Source: Eubacteriales bacterium (GTDB lineage Bacteria; Bacillota; Clostridia; Christensenellales; CAG-138). Taken from it: a stretch of DNA of 64,000 bases. The stretch is from NCBI GenBank assembly GCA_035446965.1, contig DAOTGE010000006.1, forward strand, positions 728-64,727, in the 5' to 3' direction. The position numbers and the translations under genes were made by a program. Below the pieces are notes generated by a model. The model had not been told where the DNA came from. It did no database searches and worked only from the letters and a program-made list of their open reading frames with translations. Positions 37,213-45,535 of this stretch are shown in pieces. Positions within the stretch are counted from its first letter, which is position 1. Each line of letters opens with the position of its first letter.

Positions 37213-37351
37213 TGTGTAAAAGCTGTGTAAAACGAACGGTTTCCTTCCACAGGAACAGAGCTTATTCATCGTGCATTCTGTGGATAACCTGCAGAAAACA
37301 TTTCAAAAAGGAGCTTCGAAGTGTGGATAACTATGTGGACGGTGTGGATAG
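37213..37351. promoter_or_regulatory. Distal DnaA-box cluster 2
   Basis: TGTGGATAA at 37279-37287 and 37322-37330; TGTGGACGG 37334-37342; TGTGGATAG 37343-37351; TGTGTAAAA at 37213-37221 and 37224-37232. Confidence 0.8.
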
Positions 37352-37563
37352 ATCCGTGAATATACAAAAATCCATGCGGAATATCTATGCAGATGCTCTT
37401 TCGGGCATGTTCTGCGATTCTGCAGGGAAACGGACGGCACATTGCAAGCGCATACCCCCGAAAGTCCGATTGGTGGGACGAGAAACGGAGCGGGACGGAC
37501 ATAGAACCAAGAAATAGGGAAAGAACAAAATCAACAGTTTATTGTGGTTTTTGCGTCGCGCAT

Positions 37564-38370
37564 TCAGGCGCGGGGAGACGTTTCGTCGGACGGTGTGCCG
37601 GGATCCTCCGACTCTGGAGGCACGGCGAGCGGCTGTGTCGCGAGCGCCGCAGCGGCCTCCTCCAGCGCGCGCTTTCTATGCCGCGCACGGTAGATGAGCA
37701 TACCGATGCCGCTGACGAGCGCGGTTGCGGCGAACACGATGCCTGCAAAGATGTATTTTTGCGTGCCGAGTGCGTTTCCGCCGACCGTTGAAGTCACGAC
37801 GGACGGGATGCGGGCAATTGAAGTAAGCAAAACCCACGGCAGGAGCTTGATTTTCGTCAGCCCTGCGAAATAGGTAAGCAGGTCCTTCGGCGTGCCGGGG
37901 ATCAAAAAGAGGAAAAAAGCGGCGGTATTGAGTGTTTTTTCGTTTTTCAGGTATTTGAGCGAGTCGATTTGCTCGCGCGGGAAAAAGACCTCGACGGCTT
38001 TGACGCCGATTTTGCGCACAAAGAGGAACACGATGGTGCTGCCCACGACCAGGCCGATCCAGACGAGGACGGTCCCCCAGAACGCGCCGAAGGCATATCC
38101 GGCGGCGATTTCCAGCGGTTCGGCAGGGATGAACGCGACGACTACCTGCAGGATGATCATGCCGACAAAAAGAACCTTGCCCCAAAAGCCGCGCGCGTCG
38201 ATCCAGGCGCGAAACGCCGCGGGATCTTTGAGGCTGTCGATCAGAGGCTTTCCGACAAAAACCGTGAGAAACACGAGCAGCAGGATGAATGCTGCGATCG
38301 AAAGGACGGAGGCGATTTTCTTCCCGCGCGAGGCGGGGGTTTTCCGGTTAGGATTGTCTGGCTGATTCAT
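37564..38370 (-). CDS. TVP38/YdjX (DedA/VTT-domain) membrane protein
   Basis: QVVVAFIPAEPLEIAAGYAFG, FLIPGTPKDLLTYFAGLT, ARIPS. Confidence 0.9.
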   Translation of the reverse strand: MNQPDNPNRKTPASRGKKIASVLSIAAFILLLVFLTVFVGKPLIDSLKDPAAFRAWIDARGFWGKVLFVGMIILQVVVAFIPAEPLEIAAGYAFGAFWGTVLVWIGLVVGSTIVFLFVRKIGVKAVEVFFPREQIDSLKYLKNEKTLNTAAFFLFLIPGTPKDLLTYFAGLTKIKLLPWVLLTSIARIPSVVTSTVGGNALGTQKYIFAGIVFAATALVSGIGMLIYRARHRKRALEEAAAALATQPLAVPPESEDPGTPSDETSPRA

Positions 38371-38547
38371 AAACTCAGTATACCATTGCGGACGGGGCAC
38401 AAAAAAGCACGCAGCTGCGAACTTTTTTGCAATTTTTTGTATGCCGGGACGGAAAAGCTGCAAAGATCCTGCCGGAATTCGTTAAGAAAGCGCCGTCCGT
38501 CCAAACGGCTCTTTTCAAGCGGAACGGCGATACGGTACAATACGCCC

Positions 38548-39726
38548 ATGGCGACAATTTTGCTGATTATCATCTATCTGGCGTTCATCAGTCTCGGCCT
38601 TCCGGACTCCCTGCTCGGGGCGGCCTGGCCCGTGGCGTATGCGGACCTCGGCGCTTCGGTTTCCTATGCGGGGCTGGTATCCATCTTTATCACGGTGGGC
38701 ACGGTGATTTCCAGCCTGGTTTCCGTTCGGGTAATCCGCCGCTTCGGCACGGGGACGGTCACGGCGGCCTGCGTGCTGCTCACCGCGTCCGCGCTGCTGG
38801 GGATTTCCTATGCGAACCGGTTTATCGTGCTTTGCCTGCTCGCCGTTCCGCTCGGGCTCGGCGGCGGGGCGATCGACGCTGCGCTCAATAATTATGTGGC
38901 CCTGCACTACAAAGCCAGCCATATGAGCTTTTTGCATAGCTTCTGGGGTGTCGGTGCAACGGTCGGACCGCTGATTATTTCCTATTACCTGGCGCAGGGT
39001 TCCAACTGGCGCGGCGGATACCACACGGTTTCGCTGATTCAGTTTTCACTTGCGGCGGTCATGCTTGCGTCGCTCCCGCTTTGGAAGCGCGTTCCGCATG
39101 CGGCGGCGGACGAGGCGGGCGAACCCATCGTGATCGACAACCGGACGGCCATCCGTGCCCGCGGCGCGCTGGCGGCGGTGCTTTCGTTTTTCTTCTACTG
39201 TGCCGGGGAAACGACCACCGGACTCTGGGCGGCGACCTATTTCGTCGGCGTGCGCGGCGTGGAGCCGAGCGTGGCCGCAAGCTGGGGTTCGCTGTTCTTC
39301 TTCGGCATCATGGGCGGCCGCATGCTCTCCGGCGTGCTGGCCGTGCGCGTTAAGGAAAAAACGCTCGTGCGCTGGGGCATCGCGATTGCGGCAGTCGGCG
39401 CGCTCACGCTGACGCTGCCCCTGGCGGAGCCGGTCCCGCTGATCGGGCTGCTGCTCTACGGGCTCGGCTGCGCGCCGGTTTTCCCGAACCTGATCCACAT
39501 CACGCCGAAGCGCTTCGGCGCGGCGCATTCGCAGGCGATCATCGGGCTGCAGATGGCGGCCGCCTACATGGGCAGCACGCTCATGCCGCCGATTGTCGGC
39601 TGGATTGGTCAGAAGGCTGGCTTTACGCTGCTGCCGTATTATCTGCTTGCATGCCTGGTTGCACTGTCGTTCGCAATCGTCGTATGCAACCGCAAAACGG
39701 GGTTTGGCGCCGCGGCCGCAGAATAA
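38548..39726 (+). CDS. MFS transporter (fucose permease-like)
   Basis: AFISLGLPDSLLGAAWP, GGAIDAALNNY, HSFWGVGATVGP, GCAPVFP; about 12 TM. Confidence 0.9.
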   Translation: MATILLIIIYLAFISLGLPDSLLGAAWPVAYADLGASVSYAGLVSIFITVGTVISSLVSVRVIRRFGTGTVTAACVLLTASALLGISYANRFIVLCLLAVPLGLGGGAIDAALNNYVALHYKASHMSFLHSFWGVGATVGPLIISYYLAQGSNWRGGYHTVSLIQFSLAAVMLASLPLWKRVPHAAADEAGEPIVIDNRTAIRARGALAAVLSFFFYCAGETTTGLWAATYFVGVRGVEPSVAASWGSLFFFGIMGGRMLSGVLAVRVKEKTLVRWGIAIAAVGALTLTLPLAEPVPLIGLLLYGLGCAPVFPNLIHITPKRFGAAHSQAIIGLQMAAAYMGSTLMPPIVGWIGQKAGFTLLPYYLLACLVALSFAIVVCNRKTGFGAAAAE

Positions 39727-39942
39727 AAACGGCAAACGCGCGGCAGTTTCAATTTGCCGGAAAAATCCGCCCCACCGGGCAGGCCTGACCGGCATGGGTT
39801 TCAGTTCCGGAATTGCCGGCAGACTGCACGTCCGCGTTCACACGGGCGTTTTTTTTACAGAAGACGACTCTTGCGGGAAAAATCGCGTCACTCTTGACAA
39901 AACGATAGAATGAGCGTAACGTGCATGTGTTAGAAAGGCAAA

Positions 39943-39995
39943 GCTGTGCCATAGCGCTTGCAGGCCGGGGTGGGACCGGTCGGTCCGGGCACGGT
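39943..39995 (+). ncRNA. Candidate cis-regulatory RNA, possibly a Na+-I (DUF1646-motif) riboswitch
   Basis: Closing stem GCTGTGCC/GGCACGGT around TTGCAGGCCGGG and GGACC/GGTCC; downstream of TTGACA-N17-TAACGT (39894-39922); leads a CPA2 antiporter operon. Family assignment is from memory and context, not a covariance-model search. Confidence 0.5.
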
Positions 39996-40022
39996 TATAG
40001 GATGGAATGAGGAGATGAACGC

Positions 40023-40370
40023 ATGCAGTTACTGATTCACATTACGAACCACGAAGAGAGCGTCACACCGATTTTTTCCAAATTGATGGAAGCCGGGATA
40101 CATGGCGCTTCGGTCGTGGACTGCCATGGCATGCTCACGACGCTGAGCGAATGCGACAGCGTGGACGCACCGCCGATTTTCGGCTCGCTCCGGCAGTTTA
40201 TCAATCCCTGCCGGCAGACCAATAAAATGATTCTGATTGTTTTGAAGGACGAAGACATCCCCACCGTGCGGGATATTATCCACAGCGTTTCCGGCAACCT
40301 AAAAGAGCCCAACACGGGCATCTTCTTCACGGTTCCCGTCATGAACTGGGAAGGAGTTTCGCACAAGTAA
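40023..40370 (+). CDS. P-II-like protein (antiporter-associated type)
   Basis: 115 aa; GIHGASVVDCHGM, PIFGSLR, NKMILIV, PNTGIFFTVPV. P-II-fold pattern without the canonical GlnB T-loop tyrosine motif. Confidence 0.75.
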   Translation: MQLLIHITNHEESVTPIFSKLMEAGIHGASVVDCHGMLTTLSECDSVDAPPIFGSLRQFINPCRQTNKMILIVLKDEDIPTVRDIIHSVSGNLKEPNTGIFFTVPVMNWEGVSHK

Positions 40371-40371
40371 T

Positions 40372-41598
40372 ATGCACACTCTGTTTTATATTGCAATCGC
40401 GATGATCGCGGGGCTTTTGCTTACGCGCGTCGTAAAACTCATTAAGCTGCCCAATGTGACCGGATACCTGATTGCCGGTCTTCTGATCGGCCCGTATTGT
40501 TTCAATCTGCTCAGCGAGGAAACGCTGGTCACGCTGGACATTCTGACCGTTTGCGCGCTGGGGTTCATCGCGTTTTCCATTGGAAGCGAATTTAAGCTTT
40601 CACATATCAAGGCCATCGGCGGACGCGTTATCCTGATTACCGTGTGCGAGGCGCTCGGCGCGGTGATCCTGGTGGACGTCGTGATCAGCGCGTTCGGCTT
40701 CCCGGTGCCGATGGCGATTGCGATGGGCGCGATCGCCGCGGCAACCGCGCCTGCGGCGACGCTGCTTGTGGTCCGCCAGTACAAGGCAAAGGGAGAGCTC
40801 ACCAGTACGCTTTTGCCCGTTGTGGCAATGGACGACGCGATCGGGCTTATGGCGTATGCCATCTCCATTTCCATCGCCAAAATGCTCCAAAACGGAGACG
40901 GATTCAACGTGATGACCACGATCGTCGACCCGCTGCTTGAGATCGTACTTTCCCTTCTGGTCGGCGGGGCGATTGGTCTGCTCGTGGCCATATCCAACCG
41001 GTTTTTCCACAGCCGGGCCAACCGGCTCTGCATCAGCATTGCCGCCGTAATGCTCGGCGTGGGGATCGCCAAACAGTTCGACCTTTCGCATCTGCTTTTA
41101 TGCATGGCGATCGGCGCGGTCTATGTGAACCTCCGCGACGATGCAATCCGGACGCTCGAACAGGTCGATTCCTGGACGCCGCCGCTGTTTATGATGTTTT
41201 TCGTGATTTCCGGTGCGGACCTCAATGTGTCCATGCTGCCGAAACTCGGCCTCATTGGCGTGCTGTACATCGTTGCCCGCGTAGTCGGCAAGTATTTTGG
41301 CGCGTATCTCGGCTGCACCATCTCCAAGATGCCGCAAAAAATCCGCAAATATCTCGGTTTCTCGCTGGTTCCGCAGGCGGGCGTTGCAATCGGCATCGCG
41401 CAGCTGGCCGTGACCGAACTGCCCGAGTACGGTTCGTCCATCCAGGCGGTCATACTGTGCGCGACGCTGATTTACGAACTGATTGGGCCGGTGCTCACCA
41501 AGGTTTCGCTCATCAAAGCGGGCGAAATCCAGGTGGAAGAAAAGAAACCCCGGCATAAGAAGACGCAGCCTCCGCAAACACCGCAGGCAACGGCCTGA
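40372..41598 (+). CDS. Cation:proton antiporter, CPA2 (KefB/NapA-like)
   Basis: KLPNVTGYLIAGLLIGP, GFIAFSIGSEF, AATAPAAT, VVAMDDA, FFVISGA, RVVGKY, LVPQAGVAIG. Confidence 0.92.
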   Translation: MHTLFYIAIAMIAGLLLTRVVKLIKLPNVTGYLIAGLLIGPYCFNLLSEETLVTLDILTVCALGFIAFSIGSEFKLSHIKAIGGRVILITVCEALGAVILVDVVISAFGFPVPMAIAMGAIAAATAPAATLLVVRQYKAKGELTSTLLPVVAMDDAIGLMAYAISISIAKMLQNGDGFNVMTTIVDPLLEIVLSLLVGGAIGLLVAISNRFFHSRANRLCISIAAVMLGVGIAKQFDLSHLLLCMAIGAVYVNLRDDAIRTLEQVDSWTPPLFMMFFVISGADLNVSMLPKLGLIGVLYIVARVVGKYFGAYLGCTISKMPQKIRKYLGFSLVPQAGVAIGIAQLAVTELPEYGSSIQAVILCATLIYELIGPVLTKVSLIKAGEIQVEEKKPRHKKTQPPQTPQATA

Positions 41599-41614
41599 AC
41601 AAAGAAATTTATGC

Positions 41615-41735
41615 AAAAAGAACTTCTCCTGCAAAAGAGAAGTTCTTTTTTGTTTTGATTTTCAAAGGGCGGATCTTTTATTTGGAAAAGAGAAGTTCTT
41701 TTGTTTCTTTTCTTTTAAGAAAAGAAAGGAAAAAG
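41615..41735. repeat. AT-rich palindromic repeat cassette, copy 3 (between convergent CPA2 antiporter and yhaM)
   Basis: AAAAAGAACTTCTC-ctgcaaaa-GAGAAGTTCTTTTT (41615-41650) and GTTCTTTTGTTTCTTTTCTTTTAAGAAAAGAAAGG (41695-41729). Confidence 0.85.
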
Positions 41736-41738
41736 AAG

Positions 41739-42716
41739 TTACTTACTTTCTCCTTTTTTGATGTGCCCGTGCCCGTGGCGGTAAAGCTGGCGGTTGTCCA
41801 GCGCCCACTGCCGCTCGGAAAACGCGCCGACCGACACGCCGTCCAGCGCGCTGAACATTTCATACATCTTGCTGTCGAGCAAGTCCAGTTCGGCGAGGAC
41901 CTCCGCCTCCGGAAACATCGGCTGCTTGGGGCTGCCGAATTCCGCCTGTCCGTGATGGGCAAGCAGCATGTGCTCTATGAGCATGCCGGTCTCTTCCGGC
42001 ACACCGAGCATTTCGCAGGCGGCGCTGACTTCGGAGATGCCGATGGAGATATGCCCGACCAGCTGGCCGCGCGTTGTGTACCCGCCCGCAATGCCGAGTT
42101 CACCCGTGTCGAGTTCTTCCAGCTTGCCGATGTCGTGCAGGATTGCCCCCGCGTAAATCAGGTCCGGATCGAGCGCGGGATAGATTGTGACGACGGACTT
42201 GGCCAGCTGTGTGATGGTCCAGGTATGGTGCAGCAGTCCGCCGCGCGTGGCGTGGTGCAGTTTGACAGCCGCCGGGAAAAAGAGCAGTTTTTCTTTTTTC
42301 TCGCGCAGGAAGTACTGCACGAGCCGTCTTAAGTCGTCGTCCTCAAACGATTCCGCAAGCTCGAAGAGCTGGTCGTAGAGCCATTCGGGGTCGAACGGGG
42401 AACAGGGCAGAAGCAGCGCCATATCCACGCTGTCCTCCGGGGTGGCGTGACGGATTTTATCGATTTTCAGCTGTTCGGTGTCTTTCCATATATTAATGGA
42501 GCCGCGCACCTTGATGATATCGTCCGGCGCGAAGACGCCGTGAAGTTCCTTGCTGTAGTCCCAGAGTTTGGCGGCGCAGTCGCCCTCGCAGTCCGCCAGT
42601 ACAAGGTCAAGGTATTCGCTGCCCTTGACGTTGGTTTTTACTGCTACGGTTTTAACAAGACAGAAGCCTTCAAACGATTGTCCCTTGCTTTCGTTCAGCA
42701 GCCGCATGCGGCTCAT
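41739..42716 (-). CDS. yhaM: 3'-5' exoribonuclease YhaM/CBF-1 (OB fold + HD domain)
   Basis: N-terminal OB fold (YLDLVLADCEG, AKLWD), PAAVKLHHATRGGLLHHT, AILHDIGK, GHISIG, HMLLAHHG, GSP; AAGGAGG RBS. Confidence 0.92.
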   Translation of the reverse strand: MSRMRLLNESKGQSFEGFCLVKTVAVKTNVKGSEYLDLVLADCEGDCAAKLWDYSKELHGVFAPDDIIKVRGSINIWKDTEQLKIDKIRHATPEDSVDMALLLPCSPFDPEWLYDQLFELAESFEDDDLRRLVQYFLREKKEKLLFFPAAVKLHHATRGGLLHHTWTITQLAKSVVTIYPALDPDLIYAGAILHDIGKLEELDTGELGIAGGYTTRGQLVGHISIGISEVSAACEMLGVPEETGMLIEHMLLAHHGQAEFGSPKQPMFPEAEVLAELDLLDSKMYEMFSALDGVSVGAFSERQWALDNRQLYRHGHGHIKKGESK

Positions 42717-42945
42717 GGAAACGTCCTCCTTTGGTGATGTGGAATCCAACTTGTTTTTACAGTATACCACATTCCGCACGCGGCGCGGCAGAAGATTGCA
42801 CAGCCATGGCAAGCCGTGCGTTGCGGGAACGGGCGGGGTGTGATAGAATTGCGCTCGTAAAACCGCGCTGGGCAAGCCTTTTTAGTAAGCGCGCGGGATT
42901 TTATAAATATCGGGAAAGAACACGGAAAGAAACGCATACATAAAA

Positions 42946-44832
42946 ATGGAAACGGCATTTACGCAAAAATTCGATATTGTCGTCATCGGCGCGGGGCATG
43001 CCGGGGTGGAAGCCGCCCTGGCGAGCGCGCGCATGGGGCAAAAAACGCTGATGCTTACGCTGAACCTGGACTCAGTGGGGCTTATGCCTTGCAATCCGGC
43101 CATCGGAGGCACTGGAAAGGGGCATCTGGTTCGAGAAATCGACGCAATGGGCGGCGAAATGGGGCTTGCTGCGGACGACACGCTGATCCAGATGCGCATG
43201 CTCAACACCGGCAAGGGCCCGGCGGTGCATTCCCTGCGCGCGCAGATGGACAAGCGCCGCTATCACGAGCGCGTCAAGCGCGCGCTCGAACACCAGAAGG
43301 ATTTATTTCTCGTCCAGGGTGAAGCGAGCCGGTTTCTTACCGAAAACGGGCGGATTTGCGGCGTGGTCACGGCGGAAGGATTCACGTATGCGTGCCGCGC
43401 GGCGGTGGTCTGCACGGGGGTGTACCTCAAAAGCAGGATTCTCATCGGCGAATGCGTGCGCGAGAGCGGCCCTTCCGGCCTGCTTCGCGCGGAGACGCTC
43501 AGCGACGCGCTGGGGGAGCTAGGCATTCCGATTCAGCGCTTCAAAACCGGCACGCCTGCGCGCGTGAACGCGCGCTCGCTGGATTATGGCGAGATGGAGC
43601 GGCAGGACGGGGACGTGCCCGCGCCCGCGTTCTCGTTTCTGAACGGGCGGCTTTCGCTTGAGCAGACGCCGTGCTATCTGACCTATACCAATGAAGAAAC
43701 GCACCGCATCATACTTGACAACATCCATCGCTCGCCGATGTACAGCGGGCTTATTCATGCGACGGGCACGCGCTACTGCCCGAGCATCGAAGACAAGATT
43801 GTCCGTTTTGCGGACAAGGAACGGCATCAGATTTTCATCGAACCGGAGGGGCGCTCGACCGACGAAATGTACGTGCAGGGCATGAGCACGAGTCTGCCGG
43901 GCGATGTGCAGCTGCAAATGCTGCATACGCTGCCGGGACTGCGAAACTGCGAGGTCATGCGCCTGGGTTACGCCATCGAATACGACTGCATCGACCCGAC
44001 GGTGATGGACGCGTCCATGAACGTGCGTGCGGTGCCGGGTCTCTACACCGCAGGGCAGATCAACGGCACGTCCGGGTACGAAGAAGCCGCCGCCCAGGGA
44101 CTGCTTGCGGGAATCAACGCTGCGCTGTACTGCAAAGGCGAAGCGCCGCTCACGCTCGGGCGGGACGAAGCGTACCTCGGCGTGCTGGTGGACGACCTCT
44201 CCGTCAAAGGAACGCCGGAGCCTTACCGCATGATGACGTCGCGCTGCGAATACCGCCTGCTGCTGCGGCAGGACAACGCGGACGAACGGCTCACCGAAAA
44301 AGCGATGCGCACGGGGCTGATCTCCGGCGAACGATACGAGCTGCTCATGCGCAAGCGCGAACGGCTGAACGCCGCGCTTTCCTCTCTGGACAAAACCGTT
44401 CCGCCGGGAGAGGCGCTCAAGCAGCTTATGATTGAAAAAGGCGAAAGCGTGCCGTCCGCGGGTGTAAAGCTTTTTGACCTGCTCAAGCGCACGAATATCC
44501 GCTATACCGATTTGCTTTCGATTTTTAATTCGCTCGAACCGATCGACTGGGAGACCGAGGAGCGCGTGGAGACGCTTGCGCGCTACGACGGGTACATCCA
44601 AAAACAGCGCGAGCAGGTGCGCCGCAGCCGCGCGCTGGAGGACACACCGCTTCCCGGCGACGTGGACTATCTGACGCTGGACGGGCTGCGCATCGAGGCA
44701 CGGCAGAAGCTCAACCAGCATAAGCCCGCGAGCATTGGCATGGCCTCCCGCATTTCCGGCGTGACGCCTGCGGACGTAAACGTGCTTCTGATCTACTGCA
44801 AACGCGGTTTTTCTCCGCAGCCGCATGCCTGA
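42946..44832 (+). CDS. mnmG: tRNA uridine-5-carboxymethylaminomethyl modification enzyme MnmG
   Basis: VIGAGHAGVEAA, MPCNPAIGG, KGPAVHSLRAQ, RFKTGTP, RYCPSIEDK, GQINGTSGYEEAAAQG, MMTSRCEYRL. Confidence 0.98.
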   Translation: METAFTQKFDIVVIGAGHAGVEAALASARMGQKTLMLTLNLDSVGLMPCNPAIGGTGKGHLVREIDAMGGEMGLAADDTLIQMRMLNTGKGPAVHSLRAQMDKRRYHERVKRALEHQKDLFLVQGEASRFLTENGRICGVVTAEGFTYACRAAVVCTGVYLKSRILIGECVRESGPSGLLRAETLSDALGELGIPIQRFKTGTPARVNARSLDYGEMERQDGDVPAPAFSFLNGRLSLEQTPCYLTYTNEETHRIILDNIHRSPMYSGLIHATGTRYCPSIEDKIVRFADKERHQIFIEPEGRSTDEMYVQGMSTSLPGDVQLQMLHTLPGLRNCEVMRLGYAIEYDCIDPTVMDASMNVRAVPGLYTAGQINGTSGYEEAAAQGLLAGINAALYCKGEAPLTLGRDEAYLGVLVDDLSVKGTPEPYRMMTSRCEYRLLLRQDNADERLTEKAMRTGLISGERYELLMRKRERLNAALSSLDKTVPPGEALKQLMIEKGESVPSAGVKLFDLLKRTNIRYTDLLSIFNSLEPIDWETEERVETLARYDGYIQKQREQVRRSRALEDTPLPGDVDYLTLDGLRIEARQKLNQHKPASIGMASRISGVTPADVNVLLIYCKRGFSPQPHA

Positions 44833-44847
44833 GCGAAAGGAAAAACG

Positions 44848-45528
44848 ATGCAGGAAACGCTCAAACGCCTCCGCCCGGAATTGACGGCGGAACAGCTCGG
44901 CCGGTTTGAACGGTATTTCGAGATGCTGGTCGACTGGAATACGCGCATGAACCTTACCGCGATTACGCGCAAGGAAGACGTGGCGAACAAGCATTTCATC
45001 GATTCCATTGCCGCTGAACCGTATTTACAGCGCAACGCGAAGGTGATCGACGTCGGCACCGGGGCGGGATTTCCCGGCGTGCCGCTGTTGATCGTTCGTC
45101 CCGATCTGGAGATGACGCTGCTGGACGGGCTGAACAAACGCATCCTTTTTCTGGAGGCGGTCCTGCAGGACCTGGGACTGACGGCAAAATGCGTGCATAT
45201 GCGCGCCGAGGACGCGGGACGAAACCCGCTGTACCGCGGTAAATTCGACGCGGCGCTGACCCGCGCGGTCTCAGCGTTGCCGGTGATTGCCGAGCTGACG
45301 GTGCCGCTGATCAAAGTCGGCGGAATCAGCGTCGCCTATAAGGGAGAGATTTCGGAGGAACTGGAGAGCAGCCGCGGCGCGCTGCAACGGCTGCACGCGG
45401 AAGCGGAAACGATCGATGTTTCCGGCGGATACGGCGCGCGCACGCTGGTCGTTCTGCGAAAGAACGCGCCAACGCCGAAAACGTACCCGCGCAAAGCCGG
45501 AACGCCGTCGAAAAACCCGCTTTCCTAA
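44848..45528 (+). CDS. rsmG: 16S rRNA m7G527 methyltransferase RsmG
   Basis: MNLTAIT, KHFIDS, DVGTGAGFPG, RAED, TRAV, TPKTYPRKAG. Confidence 0.97.
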   Translation: MQETLKRLRPELTAEQLGRFERYFEMLVDWNTRMNLTAITRKEDVANKHFIDSIAAEPYLQRNAKVIDVGTGAGFPGVPLLIVRPDLEMTLLDGLNKRILFLEAVLQDLGLTAKCVHMRAEDAGRNPLYRGKFDAALTRAVSALPVIAELTVPLIKVGGISVAYKGEISEELESSRGALQRLHAEAETIDVSGGYGARTLVVLRKNAPTPKTYPRKAGTPSKNPLS

Positions 45529-45535
45529 ACGAATC

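Noticed and set aside
37191-37791. Small ORFs over DnaA-box cluster 2
   Set aside because: Atypical composition, no RBS or motif; better explained as non-coding.
39930-40000. c-di-GMP-I or c-di-AMP riboswitch (AAAGGCAAAGC)
   Set aside because: Lacks the GNRA tetraloop/receptor and GGGACGCAAAGCC of c-di-GMP-I, and the GCTGAATCC/GGGGGAACC of ydaO.
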